Below are positions 50,908 through 61,300 of a DNA stretch of 64,000 bases, in pieces. The DNA comes from an uncultured delta proteobacterium (lineage in GTDB: Bacteria > Myxococcota_A > Polyangia > Palsa-1104): assembly GCA_963785725.1 (NCBI GenBank), contig CAWAWS010000024.1, positions 162,151 to 226,150 of the forward strand, in the 5' to 3' direction. Position 1 is the first letter of the stretch. Each line of letters starts with the position of its first letter. The notes below the pieces were generated by a model, which ran no database searches, was not told the DNA's origin, and saw only the letters and a list, made by a program, of their open reading frames with translations. The position numbers and the translations under genes are program-made.

Positions 50908-53682
50908 GTGCTAGCGTGGCGCACGGATGCGTGGGGACGCACTTTGACGTGGCGGCGATGGCCGGCGTGGCTGCTGGTCGCGCTCGGGCTCGTGGCCGGC
51001 GGCGTGTGGCGCGCGCGGCGACGACCGGACGCGCTGTTGGCGCAGCTGGCGGCCGGTCCGACGCGGCCGCTCGACGCGCGCTTGGCGTCGCCGGCGCTCG
51101 ATCGCGCGCGCCCGTTTGCGCCCGGCGCGACGGTCTCGCTGACGACGCTGGCGGCGATCGAGGCGCGCGGCGACCAGCGTCTGCTGGCCGAGGCGCAGCT
51201 CGTCGCCGGACGCGCGGCCGATGCCATGCGCTCGCTCGCTCGCGCCGCCAATGCTGCCGATGCCGATGCGGCGGCCGCCAGCGCCATCGCCATCGCCATC
51301 GCCATCGATCGCTCGGCAGCGGCGCTGGCGCTCGGCGATCCCGACGAAGCCTTGCGCGCCGCCGATGCCGCGCTCGCCGCCGCGCCCGGTCGTGCGGCGG
51401 CGGCCTGGAATCGCGCGCTGGCGCTCGTCGCGCTCGAGCTGCCGCTGGCGGCGGCGCACAGCTTCGACGTCGTGGCCGCTGCCGGCGAGCGCGGCTGGGC
51501 CGACGAAGCGCGCGCCCGCGCCCGTGCTCTGCGCGACGAGGTGGCCCAGCGCAAGGCCGGCGTCGCCGCCGCCAACGCCGCCGGCTTGGCGCTCGCCGTC
51601 GACGGCACGCCCCTGCCGGCGACGATCGTGCGCGACTACGGCGGCGTCAGTCGCAGCTGGCTGTACGACGCCGTGCGCGCCGCGCCGTCGGCCGCTCGCG
51701 TGCGCGCGCTGCGGCCGCTCGCCGTCCAGCTCGACGCGCAAGCCGATCGTCCCGTGCTCGCCGCCTATGTCGACGCCGTCGCCGCCAAGCACTTCGATCG
51801 CCGCGCGCCGCTGGCACAGGCTTATGCCGCGGCGCTGCGCCATCCGCCGACGGGCGCCGCCGCCGAAGCCTGGCTGGCGACGCTGACCCACGCCGGCAGC
51901 GACGCCGACGACATTCTCCTCGGCGCCTACTACCTCGGCTATCGCCAGCTCGATCATCTGCCCGATTATCTGCGACTGGCGCGTGCCAGCGGCGATCCTT
52001 GGTACGCCGTGTTGGCGCTGCAGTTCAGCGCCAAGGCCGAGGGCGCGCGCGGCGACTTGGCCGCCGTCGAGCGCGACACGCAGGCGGCGCTCGACCTGGC
52101 GAGCGCGCGCGGCCTCGAGTTCCGCTGGCTGCGCGTCGCCTACGAATGGAGCCAGACGCTGGTCATGCAAACGCGCTTGCGCCAAGCCGAGCTGCTGGCG
52201 CGCGAGGGTCTGCGACGCGCGCGCCAAGACGACTTCAGCTACGAGCGCGGCTTCGTCATGAGCCTCGTCGAGTGGGCGGTTCGGCGCGGCGATGACAGCC
52301 TCGTGGCCGCTTATCTCGACGAGAGCGTGCAGCTGGCCGATCAGCGCTGCTTCGCCGAGCGTCATGCCGACGAGCTGCGCGCCGAGCTGGCCCATCGGGA
52401 GCTGCGTTTTGCCGACGCGCGCCACTTCCTGACGGCGGTGCCGACGTGCGAAGAGCCGCGGCTGACGATCATCGGCGCCGCCCTCGCCGCCGACCTGCAG
52501 CGCGTCGACCAGAGCCCCATCGATCGCGCGACGTTGGAGTCGACGCTGACGGCGCTGGAGAAGAGCCCGCACGCGAGCGCGGCCGAAAAAGCGTATCTCG
52601 AGGTCATTCGCGGGCGGGCGCTGGCGCACTTCGATCGCGCGGCCGGCGCCGAGCAGATCGCGCGCGCGGTGGCGGCCGCCGAGGCGCTGCCCCGCGGCAA
52701 CGCCTACGCTCGCGGCGCGCGCGGCAACGCCTACAGCGAGCGCGCCTTCATCGCCGCCGCAGCCGATCGCTGGGACGACGCCATCGCCGCCGTCGCCGAT
52801 CACCTCGAGCTGCGCGCGCCCGACCGCTGCGTCGTCGCCGTCGCGCTCGACGACGAGCGCATGCTGGCCGCGGCGCGCGACGAGCACGGCCGCGCCTTCG
52901 GACAGCTGGGCCGACGCCAAACGGTCATGCCGCCGCCGGCGCAGCTCGTGCCCGAGGCGCTGCGGGCGCGACTGAGCGGCTGCGACGAGCTGCACGTGCT
53001 GGCACTGCCGCCGCTCAACGGCCGGCCCGACCTCTTGCCGCCCGAGCTCGCCTGGAGCTACGGCGCGGGCACGCCGTCGCCGGCCGTCGTCGACCGGGCG
53101 GCGTCGCCGCGCCGGCTCATCGTGGCCGACGTCACGCCGCCGCCGTCACTGACGCTGCCGCCGCTGCAGCCGTACACGGCGCCGCCCGATCGTCCGGCGG
53201 GCGTCGATCGCGTCTTACGCGGCAGCGCGGCGACGCCGGCGCGCGTGCTCGCCGAGCTGCCCGACGCCGACGAGATCGAGCTCGACGTGCACGGCCTCAT
53301 CGATCTCGGCGTGTCGGACGCCTCGATGCTCGTGCTCAGCGCCGACGGTCAAGGACGCTGGGCGCTGACGGCGAACGACCTGAAGCAGCTGCACCTCGCG
53401 CGCGCGCCGCTCGTCATCCTCGGTGCCTGCAACGCCGCCCAGCCGGCGCCGGCGCTGCACGATGCTTGGAGCCTGCCGCAAGCGTTCGTCGCCGCCGGCG
53501 CGCGGGCCGTGTTCGGCTCGGCGGCGCCGATTCCCGACGTCGCCAGCGCCCGCTTCTTCGACGACGTGCAGTCGCGCATTCACGCAGGCGCGCGACCGGC
53601 GATCGCGCTGCGTGACGCGCGGCTGCAGGCGCTGCGCGACGGCCGAGACGCGTGGATCCGCGACGTCATGCTCTTCCAATAG
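50908..53682 (+). CDS. CHAT (caspase-like) domain protein with a helical/TPR-like N-terminal region
   Basis: AAWNRALAL; C-terminal DVHG and ILGAC dyad motifs, AFVAAGARAV, ALRDAR. Confidence 0.85.
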   Translation: MLAWRTDAWGRTLTWRRWPAWLLVALGLVAGGVWRARRRPDALLAQLAAGPTRPLDARLASPALDRARPFAPGATVSLTTLAAIEARGDQRLLAEAQLVAGRAADAMRSLARAANAADADAAAASAIAIAIAIDRSAAALALGDPDEALRAADAALAAAPGRAAAAWNRALALVALELPLAAAHSFDVVAAAGERGWADEARARARALRDEVAQRKAGVAAANAAGLALAVDGTPLPATIVRDYGGVSRSWLYDAVRAAPSAARVRALRPLAVQLDAQADRPVLAAYVDAVAAKHFDRRAPLAQAYAAALRHPPTGAAAEAWLATLTHAGSDADDILLGAYYLGYRQLDHLPDYLRLARASGDPWYAVLALQFSAKAEGARGDLAAVERDTQAALDLASARGLEFRWLRVAYEWSQTLVMQTRLRQAELLAREGLRRARQDDFSYERGFVMSLVEWAVRRGDDSLVAAYLDESVQLADQRCFAERHADELRAELAHRELRFADARHFLTAVPTCEEPRLTIIGAALAADLQRVDQSPIDRATLESTLTALEKSPHASAAEKAYLEVIRGRALAHFDRAAGAEQIARAVAAAEALPRGNAYARGARGNAYSERAFIAAAADRWDDAIAAVADHLELRAPDRCVVAVALDDERMLAAARDEHGRAFGQLGRRQTVMPPPAQLVPEALRARLSGCDELHVLALPPLNGRPDLLPPELAWSYGAGTPSPAVVDRAASPRRLIVADVTPPPSLTLPPLQPYTAPPDRPAGVDRVLRGSAATPARVLAELPDADEIELDVHGLIDLGVSDASMLVLSADGQGRWALTANDLKQLHLARAPLVILGACNAAQPAPALHDAWSLPQAFVAAGARAVFGSAAPIPDVASARFFDDVQSRIHAGARPAIALRDARLQALRDGRDAWIRDVMLFQ

Positions 53683-53789
53683 CGGCAGCTGCCGTTGCCG
53701 CTGTGGCTGAGACGGCTACATCGAGCGGCGATAAGTGTGCGATTGATCGCCGTCGCACGTAGGTCCGGCATTTGCTTGGAAGCGCGGCC

Positions 53790-54116
53790 ATGCGTCGAAT
53801 CGTTCTCTCTCTGTCCAGCTTCTTGTTGATCGCCGCTGCGGGTTGCGGCGCCGAGCCCGAAGTCATCGTCACGCCGTCGGCCACGGCCGCCGCCAAGGCG
53901 CCCAACGACAAGGCCGAAGCCGAAGCGACCGCGCCCGCAGAAGAGGCGGAAGCGACCGCGCCCGCCAAAGAGGCGGCGGGCGAGCGCGCGAACGATATCC
54001 ATTGCATGCCGAACCAGCCCGACCCAGGCTGCGAGCCGCCGCCGGCGCCGGGTCCCGGTGGTGGTCGCATCGGCACGGGTCCGATCATCATCCCGCCGCC
54101 GGTCCAGCTGCCGTAG
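53790..54116 (+). CDS. Small Ala/Pro-rich lipoprotein
   Basis: AAGC lipobox; AEATAPA duplicated; CMPNQPDPGC. Confidence 0.65.
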   Translation: MRRIVLSLSSFLLIAAAGCGAEPEVIVTPSATAAAKAPNDKAEAEATAPAEEAEATAPAKEAAGERANDIHCMPNQPDPGCEPPPAPGPGGGRIGTGPIIIPPPVQLP

Positions 54117-54158
54117 TCGTCGCTGCCGAGGTCGCCTGGGTTGCAGTCAGCCGATTGT

Positions 54159-54731
54159 CTAGTGGTAGTACTGCACCTGACGGCGGATGGCCTCGAACAG
54201 GTCGGGCACGTCTTTGCCGGCTCGACCGCGCGCCAGCCACATCGGCAGCGATCCGCCCAGCTCCATTCGAAAACGATAGATCGCGTGCGTGCGCTTGCCG
54301 CCGTCGAGCGACTGCAGGTCCCAGCTGCCTTCGTGCAGCGTCACGCGAATACAGCCCGGCGCCGGCGGCGGCCCTCTGTCCGACGTGTGAAACCTGATCG
54401 CGCGGTTCTCGCCTTGCGCCGACCAATCGACACGCAGCGCGAAGTCGCGATCTTCCAACATCGGTAACTTCAGCCGCTGATAGACGTCGAGACCGTGGGC
54501 ATCGTGGTCGAGCACTTGGCTCGTGTTGAGGCCGTGCACCCACTTCGGATGGGACGCGTAATCGGTCAGCACCTTGAGCACGATGTCGGGCGGCGCCGCG
54601 ATGTCGCCCTCGGCCGCCAAATCGATCGCGTGACCCTCGCGGCGGTAGACGGTCACGTCATGCTTGTCGCCGATCTGCTTATAGCCCTCGCTCGAGAGCA
54701 AGAGCAGGAACGCCACGAAAATCGCGCTCAT
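54159..54731 (-). CDS. START/SRPBCC domain protein
   Basis: VYQRLKLPMLEDRDF, GSWDL, GGSLPMWL. Confidence 0.8.
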   Translation of the reverse strand: MSAIFVAFLLLLSSEGYKQIGDKHDVTVYRREGHAIDLAAEGDIAAPPDIVLKVLTDYASHPKWVHGLNTSQVLDHDAHGLDVYQRLKLPMLEDRDFALRVDWSAQGENRAIRFHTSDRGPPPAPGCIRVTLHEGSWDLQSLDGGKRTHAIYRFRMELGGSLPMWLARGRAGKDVPDLFEAIRRQVQYYH

Positions 54732-54732
54732 C

Positions 54733-57501
54733 TCAGCCCCGGAACAGCAGCGTCGCGATTTCCCACGGCCGCAGCTGCACGACCGCCGTCCCCGATTTCC
54801 ACTCGACGCGCCCGTCGCGCACGCGCTCCAGCGGGTCGATGAGCAGCGCCTCCTTGGCTTCGAAGCCGGGCTTGAGCGTCGCCGTCTGCGCCGTCGGCGA
54901 GGTGTTGACGACGCGCACGACCACGCCGCGGCCGTTCTCCGACGGATGCACCGCCGACAACGTCACCGGCGACGGCGTGACGTCGACGAGCGCGCGACCC
55001 ACTTGCGCGCCGTGCTTGCCCGAGGGCGCGACCGCGATGGCCGGCGACGCGAACCGCCGCGCCTCGGCCATGACGTCGCCCTTCTGCCAGTCGCCGTCGT
55101 GCAGGAGCACCGCGTACTCGAAGCGATGGGGCCCGAGCTCCTGCGCCGCCGGCGTCGCCATGATCGGGCCGGCCGCGTGATCGATGACCGCCAAGTCGCC
55201 GCGCGACAGCCAGCCGACCGAGCGCACCAGCGTCAACGCCAGCTCCGTCTGGCCGTCGTGGCGCGTGACTTCGTGCTCGAGGAGACCGCGCGGCAGAATC
55301 GCCAAGCCGCGCCGTCCGTCGGTGACATCGACGAAGCGGTGGTGCTGCCCCGTCGGCGCCGGCCGCTCGACCGCGCCGGCCGCGCCCAGCGTCGCCGTGT
55401 CCAGCGGCCGCGCGACGACGGCCAAGCCCTGATCGACGTCGAGCCGCTCGGCCGCGAACGGCGCGTGCGCGATCGCGCGCAGCCGATGATCGAGCGTCTG
55501 GTTGTCGAACGTCGTCGCCAGCTCCACCGCCGGCGAGCCCGCCGTCAGCGTCACCGTCGTCGTCACGCGCGTCGGGTGCGTCTCTTTGCTGCGCGCCTTG
55601 CGATCGTCGCTCAGCGTCGTCGGCAACGTCAGCTCCTGCTCGATCGTCAAGCGCGCGCGCAGCGGCCCCGACTCGGTCACCGTCACCTTCTTCAGCGTCG
55701 GCCGCACCGTCTCGCCGATGCCGTCGAAGTGGTACAGATCGCCGCGATCGCCTTCGTCGGCGAGATCGTTGGCCCGCACTTTGAGGTTCAGCTTGCTGTC
55801 GCCGATCTCGATGGCGCCGTCGTCGAGCACGGTCACCGTCAGCGCGCCGGCGGCGATGCTGCGCTCGCCGGTCTTCTTGGCCGCGCCCAAGTCGGCCGCC
55901 GCCGTGCCGTTGCCGACGGTGATCGGCACCAGCGCAAACTCCGGCGCCGACCCGACTTGCACGAGCGCCGGCCGCACGAGCCCGCCCGCGTGCATGACGA
56001 TCTTGAACTTCTCGGCGCGCTTCAAGAACGGCTCGATGCGCTTTTGCGCCTCCACGAGCGACTCCGGCGACGCTGCCACCTCGCCCAAGCCGATGTCGAG
56101 CCGCACCGTGCCCGGCGCCGTCTCGGTCGCCGTGATGCCCATCAAATATTTACCGAAGAGCGGCGTGCGCGGATCGATGCCGCCCAAATATTGCTGAATC
56201 TCCCCGGCGGCGAACTCGCCTTCGAACATCGGCGCGCCGTCGCCCGAGCCGACGAGCTGCACCGGCCGCGCGACGCCGTCGGGGCCTTTGGCGACGATGT
56301 CGCCTTCGAGCGACTTCGGGATCGTCGTCTCGATCGTGACCACCGCGCTCGCCGGACCGGCGTTGAACGCCACCGCCGCCGCGTCGACGCGCAGCTGCGC
56401 CAACGCCTGATTCTGCGCCGACATCGCCAGCTGCTCGGCCCAGCGATAGCGCGCCTTGACGTCGTCGTGCGCCTCGTCGACGCCGCAGCCGGCCGAGGAG
56501 TCGTGCGCCTGATTGTGGAACAGCTGCTTCCAGGCGCGCGCGGTCAGCTCCGCCGTCGCCGAGCCCGAGCCGCCGGCTTGCCGCGCCCACGTCATGAGCG
56601 GCTCGGCGTAACGCAAGAGCAGCGTCGTCGCGCGCGCCGCGGCCTGCTTCTCGCGCACGCGGGCCGAGGCCACGCCGGCGAGCACGGGCGAGAACGCCGG
56701 CGAGCGCATCTCGCCGCGCACGGTGTGCGTGGGCGCGCCCATCTTCGGCAGGTGATCGTGGTAGCCGCCGATGCGCACGTCGATGCCGGGATGGCGCGCC
56801 GACAGCGCCGCCGCCGCTTCCGGCAGCCACGTCGCCAAACGCACGTGATCGTCGCCGACGGGGAACAGAATCGGCATCTCGCCGATCCAGTCGCCGAGCC
56901 GCTCCAACGTGCGATCGACGGAGTCGCAGAAGCCTTGCGGATCCGACGGCAAGCGCCGGCCCGAGCCGTAACCATCTTGCAGCCACAGCGACGTCACTTC
57001 ACTGCCGTCGGGGCTGATCCACTTGAAGGCGTGCGGCGGCCGTTCGGGACCGACGCCGCGCCACATGACGGCGCCGTCGATGCCGAAGAGGCGGAAGATC
57101 TGCGGCAGCTGCGCGGCGTGGCCGAACTGATCCGGCATATACCCGACGCGCATGGCGCCGCCCAACATCTCGGCGCGCTTGACGCCGCAGGCCAAGTTGC
57201 GCACCAGCGCCTCGCCGTCGGCGAGCAGCGTGTCGGCCTGCGTGTACCAAGGCCCGACGTGCAGGCGGCCGGCGACGACCAGCGCGCGAATACGCGGCTC
57301 GGCGGCCGGCCGCAGCTCGAGGTAATCGTCGACGAGCGCCGCCTGGCCATCGAGCGTAAACACGAGCCGCGGATCGCGCTCCAGCTCGTCGAGCGCCTCG
57401 TCGAGCATCTCGACCAGGTGCGCGCGAAACACCTCGAACGGCTGATACCACTCACGATCCCAGTGCGTATGAGCCACCAATGTAATGCGAGAGGGCGCCA
57501 T
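54733..57501 (-). CDS. GH38 alpha-mannosidase (MngB-like)
   Basis: HTHWDREWY, LDGQ, GPWY, PDQFGH, NQAHDS..GC. Confidence 0.92.
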   Translation of the reverse strand: MAPSRITLVAHTHWDREWYQPFEVFRAHLVEMLDEALDELERDPRLVFTLDGQAALVDDYLELRPAAEPRIRALVVAGRLHVGPWYTQADTLLADGEALVRNLACGVKRAEMLGGAMRVGYMPDQFGHAAQLPQIFRLFGIDGAVMWRGVGPERPPHAFKWISPDGSEVTSLWLQDGYGSGRRLPSDPQGFCDSVDRTLERLGDWIGEMPILFPVGDDHVRLATWLPEAAAALSARHPGIDVRIGGYHDHLPKMGAPTHTVRGEMRSPAFSPVLAGVASARVREKQAAARATTLLLRYAEPLMTWARQAGGSGSATAELTARAWKQLFHNQAHDSSAGCGVDEAHDDVKARYRWAEQLAMSAQNQALAQLRVDAAAVAFNAGPASAVVTIETTIPKSLEGDIVAKGPDGVARPVQLVGSGDGAPMFEGEFAAGEIQQYLGGIDPRTPLFGKYLMGITATETAPGTVRLDIGLGEVAASPESLVEAQKRIEPFLKRAEKFKIVMHAGGLVRPALVQVGSAPEFALVPITVGNGTAAADLGAAKKTGERSIAAGALTVTVLDDGAIEIGDSKLNLKVRANDLADEGDRGDLYHFDGIGETVRPTLKKVTVTESGPLRARLTIEQELTLPTTLSDDRKARSKETHPTRVTTTVTLTAGSPAVELATTFDNQTLDHRLRAIAHAPFAAERLDVDQGLAVVARPLDTATLGAAGAVERPAPTGQHHRFVDVTDGRRGLAILPRGLLEHEVTRHDGQTELALTLVRSVGWLSRGDLAVIDHAAGPIMATPAAQELGPHRFEYAVLLHDGDWQKGDVMAEARRFASPAIAVAPSGKHGAQVGRALVDVTPSPVTLSAVHPSENGRGVVVRVVNTSPTAQTATLKPGFEAKEALLIDPLERVRDGRVEWKSGTAVVQLRPWEIATLLFRG

Positions 57502-57766
57502 GATTAGAGAATGTATCTTTTGCGCCAAAGATCCAGTGCCGGCCGCATCGCGCGCACGGTCCTCAGCATTCGTTTGCGGACATCTCGGCGCTTTATGAGG
57601 CGTTAGGGCGAGCGTGAATTTGCTGCGCAGCGACGAGCGACAAATGCGAGCGGGCGGCAACGGACGACACCGCGCTGAGGCGGCTGGTCGAACCAATCAC
57701 GCGAAAAATTAGCGCAGCGGACGCGGCTGCGCGGCGCGCCGTGATCGGCGGCGTATACTCGCCAGC

Positions 57767-58432
57767 GTGAACCTCGACGCTGCACGCGACCGCGCCGCTC
57801 GCGCCGCGGTCGCCCACATCCAAAGCGGCATGACCGTGGGGCTCGGCAGCGGTGACACGGCGGCGCGCGCCATCCGCTTCCTCGGCGAACGCCGGCTCGA
57901 CATCGTCGGCGTGGCCACCAGCGAGCGTTCGGCGGCGCTGGCGCGCTCGGTCGGCATCGTCGTCCGCGCGCCCGACGACGTGCCGGCAATCGACGTCACC
58001 ATCGACGGCGCCGACGAGCTCGACGACGCGCTGCGCATCATCAAAGGCGGCGGCGCGGCGCACACCCGCGAGAAGCTGGTGGCGCGCGCCTCGGCGCAGC
58101 TCATCATCGTCGCCGACGCGGGCAAACGCGTGCGCCACTTGGGCGAGCACATGCCGTTGCCGATCGAGATCTTACCCTTCGGCGGCGAGTGGACGAAGAC
58201 GCGCCTGCGCGCGCTCGGCCTCTTGCCGCGCGTGCGCGAAGGCGTCGTCACCGACAACGGCAACCTCATCGTCGACTGTCCCATCGGCGCCGGCGTCGAC
58301 GTGCGCGCGCTCGCCGCCGCCATCAAGGCGCAGCCCGGCGTCGTCGAGCACGGCTTCTTCCTCGACGAGGCCAGCCTCGCTTACGTCGGCACCGAAGACG
58401 GCGTCGAGCGTGTGACCCGCTCGTCTATTTGA
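57767..58432 (+). CDS. rpiA: Ribose-5-phosphate isomerase A
   Basis: VGLGSGDT, IDGADE, IKGGG, REK, TDNGN, GVVEHG. Confidence 0.95.
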   Translation: MNLDAARDRAARAAVAHIQSGMTVGLGSGDTAARAIRFLGERRLDIVGVATSERSAALARSVGIVVRAPDDVPAIDVTIDGADELDDALRIIKGGGAAHTREKLVARASAQLIIVADAGKRVRHLGEHMPLPIEILPFGGEWTKTRLRALGLLPRVREGVVTDNGNLIVDCPIGAGVDVRALAAAIKAQPGVVEHGFFLDEASLAYVGTEDGVERVTRSSI

Positions 58433-59663
58433 GTGCCAGCCGCGACGGCGCGACCGGCCTCGTCGTCGCATGCGTGGTGGCGTGCGCCTGCGCGCCGGCC
58501 AATCGCCAGCCGACGAGCCCGCCGGCCGTAATCGCCAACACCGCCGCCAGCGCGATCTGCCGCGTGCGCCGCGACTGGCGCGACTTCCGCCCGGCGCGCA
58601 GCTGCGCCAACGTCAACGGCGCCGCCAGCTTCGGATGCGGCCGCGTCTCGCCCTCCTCGTCCGGCACCATCGGCCACTCGCCCGCCGGCGTCGCCGCGCG
58701 CAGCTTGTGGAACGCGCGCGTCTCGTCGGGGAAATGGCGCTTCATCTGCAACGCCAGCTCGGGCGCGGCAAAGTTGAGCTTGGCCACGAGCTCGTCGAGC
58801 GCCTTCACCAGCTCGTCCGCCGTCTGATAGCGATCGTTGGGCAGCCGCGCCAGCGCCTTCATGCAGATCGCGTCCAGCTCGGGCGGCAGCGTCGGGTTGT
58901 GCGCCGTCGGCGGCAGCACCTGCGCCGCCTTCACCTTCTGCAGCGTCTCGAGGCCCGTCGGCGCCTTGAACGCGCGCCGGCCCGTCACCATCTCGTACAA
59001 CACGATGCCGAGCGAGAAGATGTCGGCCCGCTGATCGACCTCGCTGCTGGTCACCTGCTCGGGCGCGAGATAGGCCCATTTGCCCTTCAAGACGCCGGCT
59101 TGCGTGCGCGTCGAGCGCTCGTCCGCGAGCGCCTTGGCGACGCCGAAGTCGACCAGCTTGACCGCGCCGTCGTAGCACAGCATGACGTTCGACAGCGACA
59201 CGTCGCGATGAATCAGATCGAGCGCCTGACCCTTGTCGTCGGCGAGCGCGTGCACGTAGGCGAGCGCGCGGGCCACTTCGCGGGCGACGAACACGCCGAA
59301 CCCGGCCGGCGGCGGCCCCGAGCGCGACAGCGCGTGCATCACCGACGCCAGATCCTTGCCGTGCAGGTGCTCCATCGTCAGATAGCGCTCGCCCTCGTAG
59401 TCGCCATGGGCAAACACGCGCACGATGTTGGGATGCCGCATGCGCGCCGACAGCGTCGCCTCGCGCTCGAACATCTTGACGAACTCGGGATCCTCGGCGA
59501 GCGCCGGCAAGATGCGCTTGACGACGACGGCGCGACCTTTGTCGTCGATCGCCGTCCACACCGAGGCCATGCCGCCGAGGCCGAGCCGCTCGCGCAGCAA
59601 ATACGGCCCCAGTTGCATGCCCTTGACCATCTCTTCGGTCGCCCCGTCCTCGATTCCGCTCAT
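58425..59663 (-). CDS. Ser/Thr protein kinase with C-terminal TM
   Basis: GLGGMA, HRDVSLSN, DFGVAK, YLAPEQ. Confidence 0.93.
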   Translation of the reverse strand: MSGIEDGATEEMVKGMQLGPYLLRERLGLGGMASVWTAIDDKGRAVVVKRILPALAEDPEFVKMFEREATLSARMRHPNIVRVFAHGDYEGERYLTMEHLHGKDLASVMHALSRSGPPPAGFGVFVAREVARALAYVHALADDKGQALDLIHRDVSLSNVMLCYDGAVKLVDFGVAKALADERSTRTQAGVLKGKWAYLAPEQVTSSEVDQRADIFSLGIVLYEMVTGRRAFKAPTGLETLQKVKAAQVLPPTAHNPTLPPELDAICMKALARLPNDRYQTADELVKALDELVAKLNFAAPELALQMKRHFPDETRAFHKLRAATPAGEWPMVPDEEGETRPHPKLAAPLTLAQLRAGRKSRQSRRTRQIALAAVLAITAGGLVGWRLAGAQAHATTHATTRPVAPSRLALK

Positions 59664-59710
59664 CTTGCCTGACTCCGTCGTGTTCCTAGCTTGAACGTCG
59701 CGCCGCGCGA

Positions 59711-60271
59711 TTATTCCCGTGACTGATGACGCGGCCAGCGGCGGGCATGGCGGCTCAGCTGCGCCAGCCGACGGTCGAAGGCGCTGTCCAGCGCCGCCTC
59801 CGACGCCAACGCCAGCTGCGTATCGCCGGCGGCGACGGCGCTGACATGCGCCTGCCCGAGGAACTCGAGCGTGTCCGCCGTCGGCACCTGCACGCCGCCG
59901 AGGCGCGCCACGAGCAGCGCGTAGGTGCCGTCGGCGGCGACCGCCGGGGCGCGCAGCGTCGCGCGCATCGCCCGCTGCGCCGCGGGCGTGCCCGCTTTGG
60001 CCAGCGCGTCGAGCACGCGGTCGCGGCTCAAGGAATCGGCGCCGTCGCGCTGGGCCAGCTGCCCCAGCTTGGCCGCGAAGGCGTTGTCGGACGCGGCCAG
60101 CATCGCGGCGCGGTCGGTCCAGGCGTCATTCGCCCGGCCGTACACCAGCGCCTTGGCGGTCTCGTCCTCGGACATCGGCGCGCTCGGCGCCGGCAGCAAG
60201 CTCAAGATCGAAAGCCCCGCCGCCGCGACGCCCAACGTGATCTTCATCATCAATCTACTTTTATTTTCCAT
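59711..60271 (-). CDS. Hypothetical secreted/anchored protein with a HEAT-like segment
   Basis: Hydrophobic N-terminus; DALAKAGTPAAQRAMR; downstream of the sigma gene. Confidence 0.6.
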   Translation of the reverse strand: MENKSRLMMKITLGVAAAGLSILSLLPAPSAPMSEDETAKALVYGRANDAWTDRAAMLAASDNAFAAKLGQLAQRDGADSLSRDRVLDALAKAGTPAAQRAMRATLRAPAVAADGTYALLVARLGGVQVPTADTLEFLGQAHVSAVAAGDTQLALASEAALDSAFDRRLAQLSRHARRWPRHQSRE

Positions 60272-60336
60272 CTTCGGCCTCTCGTACGGTTGACGGAGGC
60301 CGCCGCCGCTTGTCGCAAAGCGCCGGACGCGATCGG

Positions 60337-61239
60337 TTAAACCTTGGTTTTTTGTAGGATATTCGCGACAGACAGATCGAGCTGCGAGCGCACGACGCCG
60401 GCCAGCGAGTCGAACTCGGGCGCGCTCAGGCCGAGCTCGTCGGACAGCTTGGCGCGCGCGGCGGCCAGGACTTGGCGGCGGGCGGCGGCAATCCAGCGCG
60501 CCACCGTCGAGCGATGGACTTTGAAGAGCGCGCCGATCTCGTCGATGTTGAGCCCTTCGACCACGTGCAGCCGCAGCACGTTGCGCTGCTCGGAGTCGAG
60601 CTCGCGCAGCGCCGCCTGGAACGCGGCCTTGAACTGCGGGCGATAGCGCTCTTTGAGGTAGTCGACCTCCGGGCTGTCGCCGGCGTTGGGATCGGACGAG
60701 AGATCGTCGGGCTGCACCTCGGCGCCGAAGCGCGCGCCGGCCGAGCGCAAGTAGTCGATGGCTGCCCGCGTCGCGGCGACGCGCACCCACGCTTGCAGCG
60801 GCCCGCGACCGGCGTAATCGGCGATGCGCGGCCGCTCGCCCGCGCGCGGCGCCAAGAGCAGCTTGTGCCGCAGCTGTTGGCGCACTTCGTCGACCAGCTG
60901 CGGCGTCGGGGCCATGCGCGCGATGAGCATGCCGACCTGGCTCAAGACCTCGCGATCGAACGAGGCCAGCGCGTCCTTGTCGCCGACGGTGCAGCCGAAC
61001 GCCAGCCACAGGTCGGCGGCGTGCAGCTCGTGCAGCTCGGCGGCGATGTCGGCGCCGCCCAAGCCGCGCGCGACGTGGGCCACGAAGCCGGGCTCTTCCA
61101 GCTCCAGCTCGGGCCAGCGCGCCCGGCCACGGTCGACGACGTTCTGCAGCATGAGCTCGAGGCCGGCGTCGGCCGTGATCGAGGTCGCGTCGGGAACGGC
61201 GGCAGCGAAGGCCAGCGCCAGCGGCAGCGTATTCGTCAT
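60337..61239 (-). CDS. RNA polymerase sigma-70 factor, myxobacterial ECF-like family
   Basis: LHAADLWLAFGC..GD..AL..F, YAGRGPLQAWVRV, GLNIDEIGALFKVHRSTVARW, RSQLDLS. Confidence 0.88.
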   Translation of the reverse strand: MTNTLPLALAFAAAVPDATSITADAGLELMLQNVVDRGRARWPELELEEPGFVAHVARGLGGADIAAELHELHAADLWLAFGCTVGDKDALASFDREVLSQVGMLIARMAPTPQLVDEVRQQLRHKLLLAPRAGERPRIADYAGRGPLQAWVRVAATRAAIDYLRSAGARFGAEVQPDDLSSDPNAGDSPEVDYLKERYRPQFKAAFQAALRELDSEQRNVLRLHVVEGLNIDEIGALFKVHRSTVARWIAAARRQVLAAARAKLSDELGLSAPEFDSLAGVVRSQLDLSVANILQKTKV

Positions 61240-61300
61240 GAAGGCTGTTTCATTTTTTGACGGTTCGTTTCGCGCTATTCTAACAAAGGATTAGCTACGA

